From: Paraspadella gotoi
Lineage: Eukaryota; Animalia; Chaetognatha
Length of the DNA stretch: 13,233 nucleotides
NCBI GenBank assembly: GCA_051294375.1
Contig: JBJCIZ010000496.1
Span: forward strand, 1-13,233
Reading direction: 5' to 3'
A program made the translations under genes and the position numbers. The notes under the pieces are model-generated. The model was not told the DNA's origin. It did no database searches and saw nothing but the letters and a program-made list of their open reading frames with translations. This document shows positions 1 to 8,990 of this stretch, piece by piece (within the stretch, counting starts at the first letter, position 1; each line of letters begins with the position of its first letter).

Positions 1-906
1 GTTGCAGATAAAAAAGTTTTTATCAAAATAATTTACATTCAATTATAGATGATAATTTGCTTCCTTTAGTGATATCAGATTTGTACTGTGACTCTTTATT
101 AAAGTGTGCTTACTTTTTTGTAGATACTTCCTGTCCAGACTGCTTTAAGGGAAAAAAATTTAGTAACAATCATAACAACTGTAGTCGGGAATTACAATAT
201 GTTCAAACTGCCTATAAGCATTAAGCATGTTAAGTGTGAGGACTGAGGACAATGTTTGGGGCATGAAAAACCCTTAAGCCTAGTTACAAGCTCAGTACCC
301 GTTCTATGGCTACGAGAGGGTGTTAAAAAAGATTGACTGATTTACAAAATTGGAAACTTCAGATTATTTTTCCAGACTTTTTTTCTTAATATGTTAATAT
401 TTGTTTTATTGTTATTATATCGGCGGTGGCGAACGGCGCCGTAGGGGGAGACGGCGAAACGTTCGTCAGCTGAGCAATGTTCTCCACCTTGAATTCCGTA
501 TAAAATATTATAACTTTTCTCTTACAACTCTCTCTCCCTCTCTGTCTCTCTTCATCAAAATGTTTGGCAAAATTTTTGTAAATTCATATTGATCTGAAAA
601 AAGACTAAAAAAAGATATGGATAAAAAAATATACAGATGGATGGATGGACATACATCGATAGTTTTGAATAACATAATAATTAAATGTTCTGACATGATC
701 TCAGCGACTTACCGACAAGATTTTTGGGTAGGACCGATGGACCCCTTAGCTTTGAACAATAATTACTGAGTAAATAGAGAGATTCATTTAAAATTTTGTA
801 GGTATGTGGTGTGATTGAAGTAGATGATTAAGCTGTAAATCAAGTTTCAATGGAATTATCCAAGTGGAAATAAATTTCAAATAGAAAAAATCCGAAAAAA
901 AGAATG

Positions 907-1074
907 ATTGATGTGATAACGAATTATTGGAATAATAGTAATTGATTGATGTAATAGTAATTGATTATTGATGCAATGATAACCAAATATTGATGCGATG
1001 ATAGTCATTCATTGAGGCGATGATCGTCTTTCATTGATACAATGATAGTTATTCATTGATGCGATGAGTCATTC
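907..1074. repeat. 22-bp degenerate minisatellite (ATTGATGCRATGATAGTYATTC)
   Basis: Units start at 945, 967, 989, 1011, 1033 and 1055, with a decayed copy at 907. Confidence 0.85.
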
Positions 1075-1108
1075 ATCGTAAATAAAACCAACAAATACAT
1101 GTATGAGT

Positions 1109-1196
1109 GAGAGAGAGAGAGAAAAAAAGAGAGAGAAAAAAAGAAAAAGAGAGAGAGAAAGAAAAAAGGAGAGAGAGAGAGAGAAAGAAAGAGAAA
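1109..1196. repeat. Purine-only (GA)n/A-rich microsatellite tract, 88 nt
   Basis: Only G and A on the plus strand throughout. Confidence 0.95.
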
Positions 1197-3804
1197 TAAA
1201 GCTGGACAGTTGCTGTAGAGCTTGCGGCCATTTAGAGCGAATTCTAGTGTTACTAAATAAAGCTTTAAAATAAAGTCAAAGCCTTTTGTTTCCTTTTAAT
1301 TTCCGCCACTGACAAAAGAGGTCAAACCACCAATTTCAAATATTTTCCCCAATTGTTTTCTTTAACTGATTTCAATTCTAATTCATGCAATCTTGTTTTT
1401 GATCTGAAATAAAATGTTCTGTCAAAACATTTCTCAATATTGTTTTTATCTTCTTAACAATGTAACAAACTACATTATCAAATAAGAAACTAAGTGAAAC
1501 AGACCTGCAACCAATTTGTATTGAGAACCAAACAATTGAAATGGAAACAAATTGTCTCTGAGGTTGAGTGACTTACTTTCCCTGCGCCACACTTACTCTT
1601 AAGTCAATCGTCACGCTCGCTTAGAACCGCACTACGCAGTTGCCTCGGCTTTCGTCATGCTTTAACGCCACTCAAGACCGTGCCACACTTAACTCGTTTT
1701 TAGACGAATCAGAAGAAGCAGTGACGGAAAAAACAAAGAGAGAGAGGCGACATAATAATATAAAAAGGAAAGAGAGAAGAGAGCAGAGAGCTGACATATA
1801 TTTTGAAAAGGAGAGAGAGATAGTGAGATTCTGAACAGCCCGCTGGCCAGGAAGCGCTTTTTTTGAAAGTGCACTCTTATATATATAAAATATTGTTTCT
1901 GAATATAAAAACAAAACAATGGGAGGCTAGAGGTAATATGAATCATAAACAATTTAAAAGGCCGGCAATGATGAGAAGCCCATTATCTAAATTTTTACGC
2001 TTTTTATGTTTATAACACTTGGAGCTTTATGTTTGCAATGGTTAAAAACAGTCATGGATAACTTGAGCTACGAGCAAAACGACCAACAAGCAACACAAAG
2101 TAAAGGCACGATACATAATATGGGTTACCGTACGGCCCAGAAAGCCGCCAATAAGCTAACATAAATAGACATCAATATGGAACGCATAGTAGTTTTTATA
2201 TAGGAATCCAAGGATTTTTTAGCACCAATGATCGTGATAATGAGCGACGCTCGTCTGAGTATTTGGCAATTTAATCTTTTCTTTTTAAAAAATGAAATCT
2301 TATGGCCAATTTATTTGTGCCAATCTTATTTAACATTTACCGTCCGATTTAGCCCGCGATTTAGGAAAAAACACGCTTGGCCTTGACCAATATTAAAAAC
2401 CCCTAGTTTGCACAAACTACGGCCCGACGAATAAAGCGCGTCCGATCCCATGCTGAGGCATAGAAAAATTAGCAATTTTGGTTATACACCTTTGGTGTAA
2501 GACAGAATTTAAGGTTAAATATTAGAATTGAGAAATTAAGATCAGGGTGATTAAGAAAAAGCAGAAAAGGTTTGCTTTTAGAAAAAAACGAGCCAAAAAA
2601 AGAAATATAAACTGAAAGCGGTGGATTCGTTTTTTTCATTGTACAAATGACTTACATTTAATAGTTATATGTATATGCAGGAGTTTTTTGTCACTTAGTA
2701 ATGAATTTAAAGTCAATAATGAATTATTGAATAATGTTGTTCACAAAAGTTTGTGGTTTGGTTACTGAAATTTTGTGTTACCAGTCTGGACGAGAAGTAT
2801 CGTAGCAAAAGTAAGAACATGGCTTTAATAAGAGTCAACTTAGCAACTGTTGGTCGACATCCTGCCAACAAAATTGAAGAATGCCTCCGACTGAGCCTCT
2901 GGCGATTGGTGGCTTATAAAAATCAGTGATTGAATTAGTAAACCTAGAGGTTTTTATATCACTAATAAAGCCAATTTTTTGATGCCATATCACTGTTTTA
3001 TTTTTTTATATTTCTGTGTGTGTTATAAAAAATTTTTTTTAAAAAATTCTTATAAGACAGGGATATCTTAAAAAGTAATTTTGCTCAAATCAAGGTAATA
3101 ATTTATCGCGTGCATTGGTAATTATACTATGGGGCTGCTCTAGCATAATTAAACCTATAGCAAATCATATATTTAAATAAATATTTTGTATATAATTTTA
3201 TTTTGTAAAGAGAATCTGTGCAGCGTATTTTATCCTCCAGGTATGTAGGGCACACATCAATTTTTTTAAAAATAGTGTACTATTCAATTAGAAAAGGAGC
3301 CACTCTATTTATGAATAAAAACTGGTACTAGACAAATTTTTTCATAGTACCTGCTAAAACACAAGAAGATATGGTAACGATAGTATTGGGCACTGACCGC
3401 TGGTGCACTGGCAGCTTTGTCGGATGCTTGTTGTTGGATCCCGCATAAGAAGTAGTTGCGAATTCTAAATTTTAATAGAACAAAACTTACTGCAGCATTC
3501 GTTTAACTAATAAATTAATTTGGCGCAGAGTCAAATCTCTCATACTTTTAGACACAGTGAAGGGGACTGATGTGAAAGGTGGTGCACTAAAAATTCCTTA
3601 CAAGGAAGAGGTACTGGCTAAAGGGCGTCGTTGGACATCGGAATTTGAATGAACGATTGGTGCAAACCTATTTTTCTTTTAGGCCATGCCGCCGCACTGT
3701 CGTGATTTAAAGTTCTGCGTGAAGATACAAACAACTTTTGGATTATGACAACAACACCTAGTGGGCAACCTTCCATAAAATAAGTTTTTGCAGAAGTGCG
3801 TCAA

Positions 3805-3829
3805 NNNNNNNNNNNNNNNNNNNNNNNNN
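3805..3829. other. Assembly gap (25 N)
   Basis: Run of 25 N. Sequence character changes from gene-dense to non-coding across it. Confidence 0.99.
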
Positions 3830-3975
3830 ATTCAGCTCACAAGATTAGTTCTTTATGAGGTCAAAGCATTTCTCACACAATCGGAGCTTCACTATTTAAG
3901 CTCCTCAGTTCGTTTTATAATAAATTCCCGGAAATCTTTAAAACGGTAAGCTAAATATCCGCAATAGTCCTGCAT
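3830..3975 (-). CDS. Accessory ORF G2, 5' fragment running into the assembly gap; probable paralog of G1
   Basis: U-rich tract plus CATCATTAG (3992), ATG at 3975. Reads MQDYCGYLAYRFKDFREFIIKRTEELK / (I)VKLRLCEKCFDLIK with one A restored, versus G1 FKRRKTDELEGRLPGSVKRCIELMQ. Confidence 0.5.
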
Positions 3976-4041
3976 TATGTTCGAGCAATTCCTAATGATG
4001 AAGCATAATAAATAAACAAAGTAAGTTTAAAATTGAGATAT

Positions 4042-4391
4042 CTATGACAGGATTTTAATCTCTTCCTGTCTTTCCTCGATGAGTTCCTCAATCATCTTGT
4101 AGATTTCATTATAAGTCTCGGCCTTTTCCTTTTTATGAAATTTAAGCATCACGGCCGTTTTTCTCCATCCTACTGCATTACGAACGTCTTCTTCTGCAGC
4201 CCTTTTTAGTTTCAATCTGTAATCCTCGGGAAGTTCTTGAACCATTCCGGATGCCGTTTGATTTTGGCTTTCTGTTCTCTTACGTTGAGGTTTCTTCCGA
4301 AATGTTTATTCTCGATCTTCTCTTTGTTTTGTAAAAGATGCTCCCACTTTGCAGGAATCGTGCGCCGCGCGCCGCCCACCGGATCGGACAT
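4042..4391 (-). CDS. Accessory ORF F2 (about 116 aa; one missing G near 4242), paralog of F1
   Basis: GCTAAT branch-like motif plus TCTTACCAG|TTCAAAATG. The track ORFs 4212-4475 and 4042-4245 join as ...KIKRHPEW|VQELPED..., matching PDWVQ in F1. Confidence 0.75.
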
Positions 4392-4496
4392 TTTGAACTG
4401 GTAAGAATTAGCTTGAAAATAAATTTGATCAAGTAATCGTAACTTCAAGACGATAAATTGATATTTGTTAGCCAATTTGAAGTTTTTGTTATAATT

Positions 4497-4877
4497 TCAC
4501 ATTACAGCAAATCCAACAATTTCAACAGTTTCTTTTGGAGAGATTTTGTCTTTCACTGATTCCAGACTCTCGTGATTGAAAATGCAGCCTCTGCTCAGGT
4601 AAATTTCTTTCCACCTTTCTAATGTCGGAAACTCTTCCTCCAATGCTTTTATTTTTTCGGCAAATTCTCTTACATTTGCTGTGGGATTTTTTGCTCTTTC
4701 CTTGGCGATGGATTCCCGGATTTTCTTGATCTTTGAAGCATGGTCCTGCATTAGTTCGATGCATCTTTTGACGGAACCCGGAAGTCTTCCCTCCAATTCG
4801 TCTGTCTTTCTTCGTTTGAAGGCGCAAAGCTCCAGGTGCTCCCTCGAGTAGATCGTAGATATTAATCCGTTTTGCAT
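4497..4877 (-). CDS. Accessory ORF G1, intact, 126 aa, charged and probably helical; function unknown
   Basis: ATCTGTTTAG acceptor (4891), then ATG at 4877. MQNGLISTIYSREHLELCAFKRRKTDELEGR...VGFAVM-TGA is uninterrupted. Confidence 0.75.
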   Translation of the reverse strand: MQNGLISTIYSREHLELCAFKRRKTDELEGRLPGSVKRCIELMQDHASKIKKIRESIAKERAKNPTANVREFAEKIKALEEEFPTLERWKEIYLSRGCIFNHESLESVKDKISPKETVEIVGFAVM

Positions 4878-4955
4878 TCTAATTCGAAAACTAAACAGAT
4901 ATAGATAATTATCACACAAGTTAATCTACATTATATTGAACGTAATTTATACACT

Positions 4956-5297
4956 TCATTCATGTAAATTTTTTAGAATAGTCTCCTGGTTTTCAATACG
5001 TTCCTGCATCATTTTGATTATGGCTTCGAAAATCTTGGATCTTTTTGGCTTTTCCCTTTTCAGGATCTCCGCCGTTTTCATCCAATCCTTCGTGAGACGA
5101 ATCGTCTTTTCGGCTTCGGCTTCCGGACCCCTGCCCTCGCCCAGGAGGATCCTCTGTACCCAATCAGGTTTATAAGAAATATTTGCTTCTGCTTCACGAA
5201 GCATTACGTCCAAGATCTTCTAATTTATATGTTCGCTTTCTTTCTGGAGTTTTAAACTTCTCCAGTCATCCCATAACCACACGACTTTGTTGGCCAT
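4956..5297 (-). CDS. Accessory ORF F1 (113 codons, one in-frame TAG at 5220-5222), paralog of F2
   Basis: TTTATTTCAG|TTCAG acceptor (5346 or 5341), then AAAATG at 5297. Reads MANKVVWLWDDWRSLKLQKESEHIN*KILDVMLREAEANISYKPDWVQR...KNLHE-TGA. The ungapped match to F2 spans the internal stop. Confidence 0.75.
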
Positions 5298-5381
5298 TTT
5301 CGTCGGGAGAATTAAAATAAGTTCGTTCAATAAGAAAGGTCTGAACTGAAATAAATTTTGTTTATATTAAACAAGGATTAA

Positions 5382-5585
5382 TTAAGAGTTTTTTGTCGAA
5401 TTCTTCATCCGAACTTTTGGTCTTTTGCTTAAGGATAGTGTCTTAACGACCATCTTTTTGCTTTTCAAAAGAATCAAAGACCGTTTCCGCGCTTGGTCTT
5501 CTGGATCGGAAAATGAAACCTTGTGAATTTCATCATAACAAATGCCAAATTTGCCATACATATAACCATTAAATGAGCCATTTTC
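5382..5585 (-). CDS. Accessory ORF or exon E (about 67 codons): either a separate small gene with ATG at 5581 or the last exon of D2
   Basis: CTGAT branch-like motif plus TTTGTTCCATTCATTCAG (5586), followed by GAAAATG. The phase-0 frame ENGSFNGYMYGKFGICYDEIHKVSFSDPEDQARKR... is open to TAA at 5382-5384. Confidence 0.4.
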   Translation of the reverse strand, partial: ENGSFNGYMYGKFGICYDEIHKVSFSDPEDQARKRSLILLKSKKMVVKTLSLSKRPKVRMKNSTKNS

Positions 5586-5616
5586 CTGAATGAATGGAAC
5601 AAATAAATATCAGAAT

Positions 5617-5990
5617 TCAATATTTCAATAATTTGCAAGTCGATTGATAAATATTTGATGAGGCAACTTTAATATTATGATTTTCTTTCGCAATAAGCTC
5701 GTCACTCAGTTCGCAGTTGATCACGGAGAACAAAATCCCGAATGACAGAGTAGATTCTTCCAAAGCTTCTCGCTGCATGTCGGCGTATTTTTCCATTGAT
5801 TCTGTAGGAATACGGCCCATGGGAAGACTTTGTTATCGTCTTTGTGCCACTGCCTCGTTCAACTTCTTTTCTGTTCGTCTTTCCATCGTCCATATTCGAT
5901 CACGAATTCGTCTTTATAGTGCGTCGGGATGTGCTCGAGGAGGATTCGCATGTGGAGCTCTCCTTCGATTTCAACGTAATCTCCAGACAT
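5617..5990 (-). CDS. Accessory ORF D2 (about 124 aa; one frameshift and one in-frame TAA)
   Basis: CCTAAT branch-like motif plus TTGTTTACTTTCAG (6009), then AAAATG. Reads MSGDYVEIEGELHMRILLEHIPTHYKDEFVIEYGRWKDEQK / KKLNEAVAQRR*QSLPMGRIPTESMEKYADMQREALEE...KLLKY-TGA. Confidence 0.6.
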
Positions 5991-6023
5991 TTTAATATAA
6001 ATATCAAACTGAAAGTAAACAAA

Positions 6024-6303
6024 TTAGGCGATTCGAGCGTAAATAAATCCAATTGATGACATAATATCACTTTTCAGCTCTATCTCGCAAGTCATAATGA
6101 TTTCCTTTAGTTTCTCCCTTCTTTCTCCATAATAAATTGTATTAAGAATTCTTTGCTTGTCTCTGACAGATTCAAAGATTCCGCTTGATCCATCTTGATC
6201 ATCGTCTCGTCGTACCAACGATTGTATCTGTCGTAGAACTCGGCCAAATGTTCCATTGGAATAGATCAATCATCATATTGAAGAGAACTCGACGAGATGA
6301 CAT
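6024..6303 (-). CDS. Accessory ORF D1, paralog of D2, with about two frameshifts
   Basis: After TTTCTTTCGTAG (6321): MSSRRVLFNMMID / SIPMEHLAEFYDRYNRWYDETMIKMDQAESL / ...YYGERREKLKEIIMTCEIELKSDIMSSIGFIYARIA-TAA. Similarity to D2 supports the repaired frame. The start codon is uncertain. Confidence 0.55.
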
Positions 6304-6573
6304 CCTTCGTCAGACGTTCTCTACGAAAGAAATGCGGTACTTCATATAAAGGTTCAAGTTGCTAAATAAAAGTGTTATTATTATTTGTTGATTTTTAAAT
6401 CATCACCAGTGTGTGGTTGGATCGTCGCTTCCAATTGAGTTATTCTCCGCGTTAGGTAAGTGATAATTTTCTCGTTACTGAATCGAAGGTGAGTATGAAA
6501 TGCACTGAGATTAATTTGAACGAAAATAGACAAAATTTGATTATTGATAAAAATATCGAGTTATCTTTGTTCA

Positions 6574-6889
6574 TTAAACTACAACGGAGATCTGCAATAG
6601 TTTTCCGCTGACATAATGTGGGTGGAATAATAAGGGATGGAGGTTCAATTCTCCTCCTTGGACAAGGGTGGCGCCGAATGACGTCGAGGTGCGGACATTT
6701 CCACCTCCAACGGACGTGAGTCTTGATGACGACGCCTTATGTAAATTTAGATTCAGTTGAGGCGAGTAGTGTTAATTTATTTACACTTTACTTCTTACTT
6801 AAATTTATTTAACTCACCTTTTTCTCGATTTCTTCGAGACGGTATATGTTCGGAGCGGCTATTTCATTTGAATTCGATCGTCGTGACAT
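6574..6889 (-). CDS. Accessory ORF C, spliced (exon 6889-6818, intron 6817-6736, exon from 6735); 3' structure uncertain
   Basis: Acceptor-like TTTTTAG (6933) or CCATAG (6901) precedes the ATG. MSRRSNSNEIAAPNIYRLEEIEKK ends at a perfect AAG|GTGAGT donor, followed by an AT-rich 82-nt intron and a GC-richer exon open to TAA at 6574-6576. A further candidate exon at 6504-6407 could extend it or join it to ORF D1. Confidence 0.5.
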
Positions 6890-6945
6890 CGTAGCAGCTT
6901 CTATGGTCGAGGATCGAAACTTTATATTCTACCTAAAAATTATTT

Positions 6946-7272
6946 ATCACAACAAAGGACGTTTGACTGATTTTAGAAAATCACTTTATTACATCAAGAA
7001 GTGACTGTTATCACCTTATATCAAAGAATTCGACTGATACAATTATAGTTTTATTAACTATCGGATCACTACACATTGAAGAAGTTTGACTATTACAATG
7101 ACGGATCTATTTTTATTGGATCACTACACGTTGAAGAAGCTTGACTGTCATAATAACAGTTCTATTGTTATCGGATCACTACACATTGAAGAAGCTTGAC
7201 TGTTACAATAACAGTTAAATTCGATAATTTCGTTGTTCGTCGGATCACTGCACATTGAAGAAGTTTGACTGT
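6946..7272. repeat. About 55-bp tandem repeat (core GGATCACTACACATTGAAGAAGYTTGACT), 4 good copies plus about 3 decayed, in the 3' flank of ORF B
   Basis: Copies start at 7062, 7117, 7172 and 7241. Degenerate tcac...gactg copies occur near 6946, 6981 and 7011. Confidence 0.9.
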
Positions 7273-7279
7273 TTCCTGG

Positions 7280-8834
7280 CTAATATGGGAGCCACCCCAG
7301 CCTCTGCTTAGCCGGAATGCGTGGTCGGTGGCGGTCCTCGTCCCTCAGGCGTCTGCGAGAGAGAGACTCGCGAAGGTCTCTCATGACCAGCTCGACGTTG
7401 CGAGTGATCTCGCGTGCGTCCTGCGATTCGCGCCTTGTGGTCCTCGCGCGAGGGTCCGATTCCCATAAGACCTCCTAAAAATAGTATGTGTTTACTGGCA
7501 TTTCTCTATAATAAATTTTTATTGTAATTCAATTTTTACCACTTCTTCGTCTTCGTAGACGTTCAGCGGTGGGTAAAAGGGTCGGCTTCTGATTGGAGTG
7601 CTTGTTGCTGGGGGCAGAAATAGTTCTCGAGGAGGACTTCCCGTAGACGACGGCGGCCGGATCGGGCTCACTACTCGTGGGCGTAGTGGTTGAGTTGCGG
7701 TGGCGCGACCAACCGTTGACGAGGGTGGGGCTGTGACGCGGCCCATTGGAGGAACCACACGCACGTGATCGCGGCCCATTGGTGGAGAGATTGAAGGCAC
7801 TACGTGGTCGCGGCTCATTGAAGGAACCACGCGCACGCGACCGCGGCCTACTAGAGATGGAGAGATTGACGAGGACGGCACCGCAACGCGGCCGCATTGA
7901 AGGAACCACACGCACGCGACCGCGGCCCACTAGAGACGTAGAGATTGACGAGGAAGGCGCCGCAACGCGGCCCATTGAAGGAACCACGCGCACGCGACCG
8001 CGACCCACTGGAGGCGGAGAGATTGACAAGGATGGCGCCGCAACGCGGCCCATTGAAGGAACCACACCGCACGCGACCGCGGCCCACTGGAGGCGGAGAG
8101 ATTGACGAGGATGGCACCGCAACGCGGCCCATTGAAGGAACCACACGCACGCGACCGCGGCCCACTGGAGGCGGAGAGATTGACGAGGATGGCACCGCAA
8201 CGCGGCCCATTGAAGGAACCACACGCACGCGACGCGCCCACTAGAGACGAGAGATTGGCGAGGATGGCACCGCAACGCGGCCCATTGAAGGAACCACACG
8301 CACGCGACGCGGCCCACTGGAGGTGGAGAGATTGACGAGGATGGCGCCGCAACGCGGCCCATTGGAGGAACCACACGCACGCGACCGCGGCCCACTGGAG
8401 GCGGAGAGATTGACGGCGGAGGGGCGGCGAGTCCTCTCCCGGTGGAGCCGGTTCCGGCGTAGATGGCGCCGTATGAGCGCGGCCCATTGAAGGCGGGAAA
8501 GTCGGGACGTCGACTCCTGGTGGCGCCGGTTCTCCTGGAAGGGAGATGGTTCGCTGGGGTTGACGTCGAGCAGGTCGTCGCCGCCATCGCCCTCGCTCGC
8601 TTGGCGGCTTCCTCCTGGTTTTAATATTTTGAAATATTTGTCAACGATTTTCATTTATTAATATATGGACATGTTTCGACTCTTTATTTCGAGTACTTCA
8701 ATGAAGCCGAAAGGATTAGCACAATGGCTATCAAAATAACATTATGCTTTATAAATAAGTATATCTAATGTTTATAGCTCTCGTTCTCTTACTAGAAATA
8801 TTTTGTAGTCGCGGGTGGCCTGCGCGTCCGACAT
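7280..8834 (-). CDS. Accessory ORF B: three-exon Arg/Ser/Pro-rich repeat protein (exons 8834-8793, 8614-7540, 7474-7280)
   Basis: CCACCATG start. Intron 1 GTAAGA...CCAG (8792-8615, 178 nt) and intron 2 GTAAAA...TTTTTAG (7539-7475, 65 nt) are both phase 0 and AT-rich against GC-rich exons. Joins read MSDAQATRDYKIFL|EEAAKRARAMAATT... and ...YEDEEV|EVLWESDPRAR...RIPAKQRLGWLPY-TAG. Small indels break the frame inside the repeat. Confidence 0.75.
7738..8420. repeat. GC-rich 78-bp tandem repeat, about 9 copies, coding MGRVA(A/V)PSSSISPPPVGRGRVRVVPS on the minus strand
   Basis: The cccattg anchor recurs at 7971, 8049, 8128, 8206, 8281 and 8358 (spacings 78, 79, 78, 75, 77), with more diverged copies down to about 7740. 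Confidence 0.97.
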
Positions 8835-8990
8835 GGTGGAATGTTTTTTTTTTTTTTTTGTTTTCTTTTTTGTATTAAGGAAATTGCCCTGGGAAAAAGT
8901 ATCGAACGGAAATAATCAGTAAATTAAACGGATCGATGAAATTATCTTGAACATTGTAATTTGATAGTGTATTCTCTATTTAAAGTTCTT

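Noticed and set aside
421-1311. hAT-like terminal inverted repeats (CGGTGGCGAA at 424, TTCCGCCACTG ending 1311)
   Set aside because: The match is short and imperfect, and the flanking 8-mers (TATATCGG versus ACAAAAGA) are not a target-site duplication.
401-1952. Short ORFs at 401-696 and 1640-1952
   Set aside because: They derive from GA/CT low-complexity and AT-rich sequence, mostly have non-ATG starts, and show no recognisable motifs.
1-3804. 3' LTR and polypurine tract of the BEL/Pao element
   Set aside because: No convincing polypurine tract adjoining a TG...CA unit was found, there is no second LTR in the window for comparison, and the gap breaks continuity.
4042-5990. Alternative genetic code (TAA/TAG read as Gln), suggested by in-frame stops in F1 and D2 and frequent TGA ends
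   Set aside because: The 270-aa integrase ORF and G1 are open in the standard code with several Gln and no TAA/TAG, and F2, B and D1 end sensibly at TAG or TAA.
7062-7272. CRISPR-like repeat/spacer array
   Set aside because: The 'spacers' resemble each other (ttacaatgacgg / tcataataacag / ttacaataacag), the context is eukaryotic and there are no cas genes. It is a tandem repeat.
7746-8654. Many overlapping ORFs in other frames and strands of the 78-bp repeat
   Set aside because: A GC-rich stop-poor repeat is open in several frames. Only the PSSSISPPPVGRGR frame connects to the spliced start and end.
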